Shown: in pieces, positions 12,746 through 21,384 of the stretch
Position numbering within the stretch: the stretch's first letter is position 1
How the letters are laid out: the number at the start of each line of letters is the position of its first letter
From: Acidocella sp.
Lineage (GTDB): Bacteria > Pseudomonadota > Alphaproteobacteria > Acetobacterales > Acetobacteraceae
DNA length: 39,193 nt
Direction: 5' to 3'
Assembly: GCA_029077775.1 (NCBI GenBank)
Contig: JAQNCU010000001.1
Span: forward strand, 1-39,193
Position numbers and translations under genes: made by a program
The notes under the pieces: model-generated
Database searches by the model: none
The model's input: the letters and a program-made list of their open reading frames with translations, nothing else
Told to the model about the DNA's origin: nothing

Positions 12746-14094
12746 ACAGCGAGACGGCCGACCGGGCCGAACAACTCGAACTTGAGCTGCAATTCTACCG
12801 CGATGAATACAATGAAATCGGCGCGCGCCTGCTGCGCCTGCAGGAACAACAAAGCCGCGTCTCCCGCGAGGCGCGGCGCAGCAAAATCGTCGCACGGCTG
12901 ATCCGCGATGCCTATCAGGTGGTCAACCAGGATATCGCACCAGGGCAGATCGGCGACACCGTTCTGGTGATGCTGCTGGATACGTCCTTCTGTGACCGCG
13001 CTGCTTTTTTGAAGGAAGACCCTGCGGCGCCGGGCGTTTTCACGGTCGAACATATCATCGGCGCCCCTCGCCCGGAGCCTCTGACCTTGGGCAGCGTGCC
13101 GGAGTTTCTGTTCACCGCTTCCGGCAAACCAGCGCCACCGCCCGCCGCCTTGCTGGGTGAGGCAATCGGGTTGAATTTCATCCTGTGGGCCTACGACCCG
13201 GGCAGTGGCCGCGCGCTGCTCCTCGGCAACCAGTTGGAGGGCAATATCCGCCGCCCGTTTGAGGCTGGAGACGAAGAATTCGTAAGCGTGGCGCTCGCGG
13301 TTTACATCGACGTATTGCTGCGCAAACAGGCCGAACTCACGCTGCAACGCGCCCGGCAAACGGCCGAGGACGCCAATAATTCCCGGGCGCGCTTCCTCGC
13401 CAATCTCAGCCACGAACTGCGCACGCCGTTGAACTCGATCATCGGTTTTTCGGAATTATTACTTGAAACTGGCACCCGCGCCCCACCAGCGGCACAGCGT
13501 GAGGAATTTACCCGGCAAATCCTCGATGCCGGTCGCAGCCTGCTGTCGCTCGCCAAAGACATCCTCGATTTTTCAAGCCTCAGCCACGCTCGCCCCCGGC
13601 TGCACCGCGATTGGGTGCCGGTCGCCCAACTTCTACACAACGCCATCCGCGCCTTTGCGGTCGAGGTCACCACGCGTGGCACGCGCATTGAAATTTTGCC
13701 CCCCGCGCCTGGGCTTCAGGCGATCATCGATTATGACCGTTTTCGGCAGATCCTCGCCAATCTCATCGGCAACGCCATCAAATTCACCCCTGCCGGGCGG
13801 GCCATTCTGGTGTCATGCATATCCACCGACCAGGACGGGCTCATTTTCTCCGTACGCGACCACGGCATCGGCATTCAACCAGATAACCTCGCCCGGGTGC
13901 TGGAGCCCTTCGTGCAGATCAAAAGCAGCTTCAGCCACGACGTTCACGGCGCGGGTCTCGGCCTGCCGATCGCCAAACAACTGGTCGAGGCGCATCAGGG
14001 CGAGATGCGCATCGAGAGTGTTTATGGCGAGGGTACGGAAGTTATCATCACGCTACCGCCTGGCAGCGCACGCATACAACCACAGGCGGCGTGA
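12742..14094 (+). CDS. Soluble sensor histidine kinase (coiled coil, GAF-like, HisKA, HATPase)
   Basis: H-box FLANLSHELRTPLNSIIGFSELL, N-box NLIGNAIKFT, DHGIGI and GAGLGLPI. No obvious transmembrane segment. ATGA overlap. Confidence 0.93.
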   Translation: MNSETADRAEQLELELQFYRDEYNEIGARLLRLQEQQSRVSREARRSKIVARLIRDAYQVVNQDIAPGQIGDTVLVMLLDTSFCDRAAFLKEDPAAPGVFTVEHIIGAPRPEPLTLGSVPEFLFTASGKPAPPPAALLGEAIGLNFILWAYDPGSGRALLLGNQLEGNIRRPFEAGDEEFVSVALAVYIDVLLRKQAELTLQRARQTAEDANNSRARFLANLSHELRTPLNSIIGFSELLLETGTRAPPAAQREEFTRQILDAGRSLLSLAKDILDFSSLSHARPRLHRDWVPVAQLLHNAIRAFAVEVTTRGTRIEILPPAPGLQAIIDYDRFRQILANLIGNAIKFTPAGRAILVSCISTDQDGLIFSVRDHGIGIQPDNLARVLEPFVQIKSSFSHDVHGAGLGLPIAKQLVEAHQGEMRIESVYGEGTEVIITLPPGSARIQPQAA

Positions 14095-14108
14095 AAACCG
14101 ATCCGTTT

Positions 14109-15293
14109 CTAGCCGAACAGATCGCTCGGCGCGCGCGCCATGGCGGCGAAATTTTCATCGATCGCCCGAAATAGCCCCCAGCTATCGACATAATTGAGCG
14201 GAAAGCCTGGGCATTCGGCAATCAGATCAGCCTGCCGGGCATGGATATAATTGGTCCATTTTTTTCCCGGACGGCGATGATGGAAATCATGGCACGGGGC
14301 ATCACCCACGAGCACGAAAATTCGCACGAACATCTGCACGGTCAACATATTGGCCCACCACCCCGCCCAGGCGGCATAATTACGCAGGCGGCTCGGGCCC
14401 CGCGGCGGCGGTTGAACACCGGCAAATACCCCGGCCGTGGCCTGGCAGACCAAATTCTGGCCACGCCCCTCGATCACGTCCTCGGGCGGAATCCGATGCT
14501 CACAAAGGATGCGAAACACCGTGGCGATTTGCAGAAGTACCGTAACCGGCAGCACCCACGCAACGAGAACGAGGCCGAGATGGTGCGTCAGCAGCCCGCC
14601 CGCCAGAATGCCCCCCCACACCGCGAGCCCCAACAAATTATGCGACCGATCATGCGAAAACAGGCTCCCCTGGATACGCTTGACCATGAAACTCGCATGG
14701 AACACCGGGGAGATGAGCAGCAAACACAAATGCCGCCACAGCATCCGGCGGTCGAGCGCGGTGCGCAGCTTGCAGATCCCGATGACAAAATCGGTGAATT
14801 CATCGTCATCGGTGAATAGCTTATTCGCGTTATGGTGCAACATATGTTCGCGCTGATACTTATCGAAATGCTTAAACAGCACAATCGCCGAGATCATGCG
14901 GCCCATCTTACGGTTACGCTCCCGCGTGCTGAACACCGTGCCATGCGAGCAATGATGAAACACGACGACCTGGAACAACCCTAGCCCGGAACTGGTCGCG
15001 AGCAACCCCAGAAACAAAACCGGCCAGAATGCCAGTGAGACAAGCGGCAACACCGCCATGGCAAGGCCGGACAGCACGCACCCGCCAAGGACCAGCAACA
15101 CAGCCTCCGCCACATAAGAGCCAGCCTTGCGGACAGTCGGGCTTTGCCCTGGCGCGGGTTTGGCGGTTAACCATGTCAGAAACGGCTGAACAAAACCGGG
15201 AAGACGCGCCGCCATAGCCGCGCGTGGGTCATCACGGGAGGTCATTTGTGGCAGAACAGGCAGCGCCGACGAGCTGTATTTATCGACGTACAT
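14109..15293 (-). CDS. Membrane-bound di-iron fatty-acid-desaturase superfamily enzyme, substrate unknown
   Basis: Three His boxes (HHCSH, HMLHH, HDFHH) with intervening hydrophobic segments. Confidence 0.85.
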   Translation of the reverse strand: MYVDKYSSSALPVLPQMTSRDDPRAAMAARLPGFVQPFLTWLTAKPAPGQSPTVRKAGSYVAEAVLLVLGGCVLSGLAMAVLPLVSLAFWPVLFLGLLATSSGLGLFQVVVFHHCSHGTVFSTRERNRKMGRMISAIVLFKHFDKYQREHMLHHNANKLFTDDDEFTDFVIGICKLRTALDRRMLWRHLCLLLISPVFHASFMVKRIQGSLFSHDRSHNLLGLAVWGGILAGGLLTHHLGLVLVAWVLPVTVLLQIATVFRILCEHRIPPEDVIEGRGQNLVCQATAGVFAGVQPPPRGPSRLRNYAAWAGWWANMLTVQMFVRIFVLVGDAPCHDFHHRRPGKKWTNYIHARQADLIAECPGFPLNYVDSWGLFRAIDENFAAMARAPSDLFG

Positions 15294-16641
15294 AGGCTTT
15301 TATTCCTTAGAGAACAGAATTAATCCAATTTCTTGATATGATATCGGAAAATTGATCGCGATTGATAGGCTCAGTGTCACGCGAACGTGAGCGGATCTTC
15401 GTTTGCTGTAACCTGTTTCGCCTTCAGGTTGTGGATTTGAGGCCAAGCGGCCCGAATTTCCTCAGCAACAGTGACAATTTCACGAAAAATACGCGCAGCG
15501 CGCTGTGGAGCCGACGCTCCCGGATAATACCAAGACGTGGTTGCCGCGCCGCCGGGTTTTCTGAGACAGGTCTCGTTTTTAAACAAAATCCCGCGCGCGA
15601 GGGCCATTTTGAATGCGGCACCCGCCGATTTGTTACCCGCCGGAACGCCGCAAAGACCGCTGGTCGCCGTGGCCGGCAGGCCCGGACTCATGGAAAAAAT
15701 GCACGTTTCACAATTATTTAGCTTGCGAGACGATGCGTGTCTGATCGATTATTTCAGGGCAAAAAGCCACCTTCCCAGGTCGGGTAAAATCTTTGTCCAA
15801 AAAATCAATATTTTGAAAAGTTATATATCTTCACAAGAGATTTTACGCGCTGTGCGAGGCCGCCTACGCCAAACGGGCGGTTTGCGCCGCCCTTCCATCA
15901 GCGAATGCTGACCTTCATGACTAATCATAACACAGCGTCGCGACCGCCTGCTGACATGATTGTTTGAAAGCCTCAGTCTCGGGTTCCGCCGTCTGCCGGG
16001 CCCCTGGTGGCTGGGGCCTGTGCCCCCGTTGCCGCAGCTTGATCACCAAACCCGGAGACCGCGCCAACACCCATGCCAGAATTCTGGACAACGCCACAAA
16101 ATCCATTCATTTATATATTTTTGTGTCATGAATATAGTTTAATGATAAATCATCTTTAAATGGATATGCGTGGACCCGCGACCCCGTGAAAGCGGCATAA
16201 CGCTGAAGACCAAAACCCGCGCCCGTAACCCCGCCATGAAGGGGGAAAGATTACAAAAATTTTCCCAAATCAGACACTTTTACAGGCTGATTAAACGCCA
16301 TGATCCAATATTATCAACGGTTTACCGGAATCAACACGATATTATCGACCAATCACATTACAAAACGACAAAGAAGCCTTCATCTGTAGGGCAGCATTCG
16401 CGATTTAAGCACAACACATGAACGCGCTCGACAAAAGGCGCAGAATTAAGGGGGAACATGTCGCAACGGAACCATAATAAATATGTTTGGATTGATGTTG
16501 CAACGCTCATGCGTTGACCTTCACCGGCGGCTGCATGCCGCTAAAATTCATCTTGCGCTGTCAATTTTTCTGTCGGTGACACACATCACCGCGGTCTCCG
16601 GCCCGAACAGACCGGATAAAATTTAGATTTTTGGAGGCTGA

Positions 16642-17484
16642 ATGCCAGACGCTTCGAACAGCGGCGGTCGCGTGGAATTTACGGGCGTGACAAAAAGGTT
16701 CGTAACACCCACAGGTGCGGCGATGACGGCGATCCGCGACGTCAATCTTATTGTGGAACCCGGAACATTTTGCGCGGTTGTGGGGCCGACGGGCTGCGGC
16801 AAATCGACCACACTCACGCTGGCCGCCGGATTGGAACGTGCGAGCGGCGGCAGCGTGCGTGTGTCGGGCCATGAGGTCGATGGCATCACCAAGGGCGTAA
16901 GCTTCGTATTTCAGACAGATGCGTTGCTACCATGGAAATCCGTCCTCGCGAACGTCGCGTTGGGCCCCATTTTTCGCCGCGTCGATAAACATCAAGCCCA
17001 TGCCGAGGCTGAAATATGGCTGAAAACCGTCGGCTTGAATGCATTTGGCAACCATTACCCACACCAGCTCTCCGGTGGCATGCGCAAGCGCGTCAGCCTG
17101 GCCGCCGCGCTGATCAACAAGCCGTCTTTGTTGCTCATGGATGAGCCGTTTTCCGCCCTGGACGTGCAAACACGCGCGATCATGTCGAATGAATTGCTGC
17201 GGCTTTGGGAAAAAACGCGCCCTACGGTTTTGTTCGTCACCCATGATCTTGAGGAAGCCATCGGCCTCGCCGACCAGGTTGTGGTCATGACAGCGGGCCC
17301 GGCAACCGTAAAAGCGGTCTATAAAATAGACCTGCCCCGTCCACGCGGTGACATGCAGGAGGTTCGTTTCGATCCAAAGTTCCTGGATCTATACAAACAA
17401 ATCTGGGAATCTCTGCGTGAGGAGGTTGATCGCGCCTATGCGCGGACAACCGAGATATCCAGCGTGAAAGGAGTGTCTCAATGA
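16642..17484 (+). CDS. NitT/TauT-family ABC transporter ATP-binding protein
   Basis: Walker A GPTGCGKST, signature LSGGMRKR, Walker B LLMDEPFSALD, H-loop VTHD. GGAGG RBS. Confidence 0.95.
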   Translation: MPDASNSGGRVEFTGVTKRFVTPTGAAMTAIRDVNLIVEPGTFCAVVGPTGCGKSTTLTLAAGLERASGGSVRVSGHEVDGITKGVSFVFQTDALLPWKSVLANVALGPIFRRVDKHQAHAEAEIWLKTVGLNAFGNHYPHQLSGGMRKRVSLAAALINKPSLLLMDEPFSALDVQTRAIMSNELLRLWEKTRPTVLFVTHDLEEAIGLADQVVVMTAGPATVKAVYKIDLPRPRGDMQEVRFDPKFLDLYKQIWESLREEVDRAYARTTEISSVKGVSQ

Positions 17485-18383
17485 GCGCAGATTGTACAAA
17501 AGCCGAGAGTGACATGGCATCGGTGACAATACCAGCAGCCATCTCTGAAAGCACGATCGCGCGCAACGCTCAGATCCGCATGCGCAAACGTAAACGCTTT
17601 GTCCTGGCAAGCCAGCTCGGGACCTTCATTTTCATCATCGGTAGCTGGCAGATAATGGCGGATTATAAAATCATCGATCCGTTTTTCTTCGGCTCACCGG
17701 GCGGCATCGTATTCCGGCTATATGATTGGGCACAGAACGGCACGGCGTATGGTCCGCTATGGCTGCAAGTCTGGGTCACTCTTGAAGAGGCCATTCTCGG
17801 CTTCTGTCTCGGGGTCGTCACAGGCATCATATTCGGTGTTTCGCTGGCTGAGTTTCCGCTGCTCTCGGATATTCTCGGTCCCTATATCAAGGCGGTGAAC
17901 GCCATGCCGCGCATCGTGCTCGGTTCGATTTTCGTGATCTGGCTGGGGTTAGGTTTGCCCTCCAAAGTCGTGCTGGCCGCGGTTTTGGTTTTCTTCGTGG
18001 TGTTCTTCAATGCGTTTGAAGGCGTGCGCAGCGTTGACCGCAACTTCATCTCCAACGCGCGTATTTTGGGCGCATCACGGCTTCAGGTCATCCGCCATGT
18101 CGTGTTTCCGTCAGCCATGACCTGGATCATCGCGAGCCTTCACGTCGCCCTCGGCTTCTCGATCATCGGCGCCATCGTGGGGGAGTTCCTGGGCGCGCAG
18201 CAGGGCCTCGGTCTGGTGATCGCAACCGCCCAGAACAATTTCGATGCCAACGGCGTCTTCGGCGCCATGCTCATGATCGGCATCATAGCCCTTGGTGCGG
18301 AGGCCATCATGGGCAAGGTCGAAAAACGCCTGCTCAAATGGCGGCCCCGTGCCGCCAGCGACCAAACATCGGCGGGTATGTGA
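17481..18383 (+). CDS. NitT/TauT-family ABC transporter permease
   Basis: Multiple TM helices and EAA-like loop NARILGAS. ATGA overlap; the start may instead be a downstream ATG. Confidence 0.93.
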   Translation: MSADCTKAESDMASVTIPAAISESTIARNAQIRMRKRKRFVLASQLGTFIFIIGSWQIMADYKIIDPFFFGSPGGIVFRLYDWAQNGTAYGPLWLQVWVTLEEAILGFCLGVVTGIIFGVSLAEFPLLSDILGPYIKAVNAMPRIVLGSIFVIWLGLGLPSKVVLAAVLVFFVVFFNAFEGVRSVDRNFISNARILGASRLQVIRHVVFPSAMTWIIASLHVALGFSIIGAIVGEFLGAQQGLGLVIATAQNNFDANGVFGAMLMIGIIALGAEAIMGKVEKRLLKWRPRAASDQTSAGM

Positions 18384-18443
18384 GCCATATCCACCGACCA
18401 TTCGTCACCCAACATACAATAACAACACCAGGAGGAGAGTCAC

Positions 18444-19508
18444 ATGCTTAAAAAAAATATTCTATCAGGCTTCACGAGTTTGGCAGCCATCGGCGCTGTC
18501 GCCATCGCCGGGGTCCTCGTGCCCCATGGCGCCGCCGCGCAGACAGATACCGCCAAGTTGCCGACCGTAACGATGATGGTGGGCGGGATCGATAAGCAGA
18601 TTTATCTACCCTATGAGCTTGCGTATAAATTGGGCCTGTTTAAAAAATACGGCATCAACATGGTCCTCAGCACCGAACAGGAGGGCGGAATCGGTGCGGA
18701 AGACGCCGTGGTCTCTGGCGAGGTCGACCTCGCCGGTGCTTGGTACGTACACACCATAGATTTCCAGATGCATGGCAAGGACGTTATCGATATCGCCCAG
18801 CTTAGCGGTGCCCCGGGCGAGCGCGAAATGTGCGCAACTGGCACCAAGATCACAACCCCAGCGGACTGGGCGGGCAAATCGGTCGGGGTCACAGACCTGG
18901 GCTCGGGAACCGATGACCTCACGCTTTATCTCGCGGCGCGCTATCATTTGACCTCGAAACAGTTTTCGCGCATCGGCGTCGGCGCGGGTGAAACATTGAT
19001 CAGCAGCCTTCAACATGGCCGTATCGTCTGCGGCATGACCACACAGCCAACGGTGAACGCCATAGAAAAAATGGGCATCGGCTATTCCGCGATCGACCTC
19101 GCGACCGGGCCGGGCGTGAACAAATGGCTGGGCGGCTTCTGGCCCACGGCATCTGTTCTGGCCCGCGCCGATTGGGTAAAGGCCCACCCGGTTGAAACCC
19201 AGGATGTGGTCGATGCCATGGTGGCAACCATGCACTGGATAAACAGCCATAGCGCCGCCGATATCGCAAATGAAATGCCAGCCGACTATGTCAGCAACCC
19301 GCTATCATCCAAGCAGGAATACATCAACGCTTTGGCGCAGGATAAAGGCCAGTTTCTGCCAGATGGCATGATGCCGCCGGGTGGCCCACAGACAGTTTAT
19401 AATGTCGAGAAACTCGCGGGTAAAATCATCGGGCCGGTTGATTTGAACGCAACGTACACGAATGAATATGCTGCCAAGGCGAACCAGATGGAAGGCTTCA
19501 CGAAATAA
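18444..19508 (+). CDS. NitT/TauT-family ABC substrate-binding protein
   Basis: Signal peptide ending AAA-Q; motifs MVGGIDKQIYLP and GKSVGVTDLGSGT. AGGAGG RBS. Confidence 0.92.
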   Translation: MLKKNILSGFTSLAAIGAVAIAGVLVPHGAAAQTDTAKLPTVTMMVGGIDKQIYLPYELAYKLGLFKKYGINMVLSTEQEGGIGAEDAVVSGEVDLAGAWYVHTIDFQMHGKDVIDIAQLSGAPGEREMCATGTKITTPADWAGKSVGVTDLGSGTDDLTLYLAARYHLTSKQFSRIGVGAGETLISSLQHGRIVCGMTTQPTVNAIEKMGIGYSAIDLATGPGVNKWLGGFWPTASVLARADWVKAHPVETQDVVDAMVATMHWINSHSAADIANEMPADYVSNPLSSKQEYINALAQDKGQFLPDGMMPPGGPQTVYNVEKLAGKIIGPVDLNATYTNEYAAKANQMEGFTK

Positions 19509-19517
19509 ATCCAATCA

Positions 19518-19552
19518 CCGTTGCGGTTTCGAACAAAGCAAAGCCGCAACGG
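19518..19552 (+). terminator. Stem-loop after the binding-protein gene (terminator or mRNA stabiliser)
   Basis: CCGTTGCGGTTT...AAGCCGCAACGG 12-bp stem with one G-U pair; no U tract. Confidence 0.5.
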
Positions 19553-19683
19553 ATCTGGGATGATCAAGTCTTTCTTTATAATGATAAAAAGTTTGGTGGC
19601 TTCATCATAAAACCATAACGATCGTCGCTTCAACGACGCCACGGCATCATCGAAAACCTGCTTGTCAAAACTATAACTGAACA

Positions 19684-19715
19684 CTGATTTTGATGCGATA
19701 TCGCATATAAATCAG
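19684..19715. promoter_or_regulatory. Palindromic operator-like site upstream of the porin gene
   Basis: CTGATTT-tg-ATGCGATATCGCAT-at-AAATCAG: a perfect 14-bp core plus 7-bp outer arms. Confidence 0.55.
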
Positions 19716-19789
19716 CGCCTGGGTCTCCGTGTCTTGAAAACATCGGGGCTGATTAAATTCAAATCAACATCACAAGGGGGCTATAAATC

Positions 19790-21313
19790 ATGAATAATTT
19801 TTTCAAGAAACGATTAATGCTATCCTCGATCATCGCTATATCTGCCGCCATGCCTGCCGTGGCGCACGCCGACCAACTCAGCGACCTACAGGCACAGGTG
19901 GCGGCATTATCGGCGAAGATCAAGCAGATCCAGGCCGACCAGACGCGCGAGCGTAAAACTGAAGCCGCTGAGGCTATGCGGGAGCATAGCGCCATGGCCA
20001 TGAGCATCGCCAAACAAAATCGCGAGGTTCAAGCCATTGATGCGCGTAACGCCGCCGCCGCCAAATTGCTCCAGGCGCAGACGCCAACCCGTGCGGAACA
20101 ACTTGGTGTCACCAACGATCAATACATAACAAAGGGTCTTCTGCCCGGCTCCTTCCAAATCCCGGGCACAAAAACATCCATGGCGATTGGCGGTTTCATA
20201 AATTTTCAGGGTATCTATGATCCAACCCAAAATTTCGGTCCGAAATTCTCGATTGGAAATTTAACACCCAACAGCCCGGGTCGGCGCGCCTCGGCCAATG
20301 ATTTTCATTTCCAGAGCAAGGTGTCCCGTCTCGTCGTGCAAACCAGCACACCCAGCGATTACGGCCCCATCACGACCAATTTTGCCCTTGATTTCTACGG
20401 TTTTGTCAATGGCGGGGATAATAATCAGGCACTGCAAAATAACAGCTATTCCGCGCGCATCGTCTATGCCTTCGGCACCATCGGCCCGCTGACATTTGGC
20501 ATGCTGAACTCAAACTTTATCGACGACCCAGATCAGGCCGAAACATTCGATAATGGTGGTCCCGCCGGTGTTCCCGCCGAGCGTACGGAGCAGATCCGCT
20601 TTACGTACCCGATCAGCAAAAATTCGGTCTTTTCCGTCGCCGCGGAAGACCCGCAAAGCGGCTATCAGGATACCAGGGATAATATCGAGGTTGCATCGCC
20701 ATCAAACCCGATGCCGGATTTCAGTGGCCGATATGTCTACACATCCACCCTTCTGCACTTCCAGCTTTCAGGCGTCGTGCGAGATATCGCGTATACAGAC
20801 GGTACAGGTGCCCGCACCTCCAGTTTCACGGGTGCCGGTATCATCGGTGCCACTCTCAATTTGGGTGGCCTTAACCCGGTATTCGGCCAGGATTATGTCG
20901 GCGGGCAAGCCTGGTATGGCGCCGTCGGTCGCTACATCCCCGATGATTTTGGCGGCAATGTCGCATCAGTGCTCGCCGTCAACAACGGCACGACAGGTGT
21001 TCCCACAACCATCGCGACAAAAATCCAGAATGATGACGGGTTCACCCTGTTCGCCCAGCATTACTGGACATCTATCCTGCGTTCCACGCTTGCGATCGGC
21101 TATAACCATCAAGCCCTCGCATCCTTTTTGCCAGCCGATACGGCTAACGCGCCGACAACCAAAACGATCCACGTCAACCTGATCCTGCGTCCCGTCCCCA
21201 GCGTCGATCTGGGGATCGAGGCGATGATCGGCCAAAAGACGTTCCAAAAATCCACGGGCCAATCTCCCCTGAACGCAGAGCGTGTCGAGTTCGGTGGTAA
21301 ATGGCATTTCTGA
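19790..21313 (+). CDS. DcaP-like outer-membrane porin with N-terminal coiled coil
   Basis: Signal peptide (AHA-D), coiled coil, GSFQIPGTKTSMAIGGFI, amphipathic strands and terminal aromatic residues (KWHF). Confidence 0.82.
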   Translation: MNNFFKKRLMLSSIIAISAAMPAVAHADQLSDLQAQVAALSAKIKQIQADQTRERKTEAAEAMREHSAMAMSIAKQNREVQAIDARNAAAAKLLQAQTPTRAEQLGVTNDQYITKGLLPGSFQIPGTKTSMAIGGFINFQGIYDPTQNFGPKFSIGNLTPNSPGRRASANDFHFQSKVSRLVVQTSTPSDYGPITTNFALDFYGFVNGGDNNQALQNNSYSARIVYAFGTIGPLTFGMLNSNFIDDPDQAETFDNGGPAGVPAERTEQIRFTYPISKNSVFSVAAEDPQSGYQDTRDNIEVASPSNPMPDFSGRYVYTSTLLHFQLSGVVRDIAYTDGTGARTSSFTGAGIIGATLNLGGLNPVFGQDYVGGQAWYGAVGRYIPDDFGGNVASVLAVNNGTTGVPTTIATKIQNDDGFTLFAQHYWTSILRSTLAIGYNHQALASFLPADTANAPTTKTIHVNLILRPVPSVDLGIEAMIGQKTFQKSTGQSPLNAERVEFGGKWHF

Positions 21314-21341
21314 TTTAGCGCGTTCCCTGTAAACTTGGGTC

Positions 21342-21376
21342 GGCGGTGTGGTGAAATATCCGCACCGCCATTTTTT
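21342..21376 (+). terminator. Rho-independent terminator of the porin gene
   Basis: GGCGGTGTGG-loop-CCGCACCGCC followed by ATTTTTT. Confidence 0.8.
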
Positions 21377-21384
21377 CGTGCGGG

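Noticed and set aside
16170-16250. CCGT-GAAA-GCGG hairpin as a c-di-GMP-I riboswitch
   Set aside because: The flanking GGCAAA and GACGCAAA consensus elements and a convincing P1 stem are missing.
16488-16502. Sigma54 promoter TGG...TTGCA
   Set aside because: GG-to-GC spacing is 11 rather than the strict 12, and the CAC is absent.
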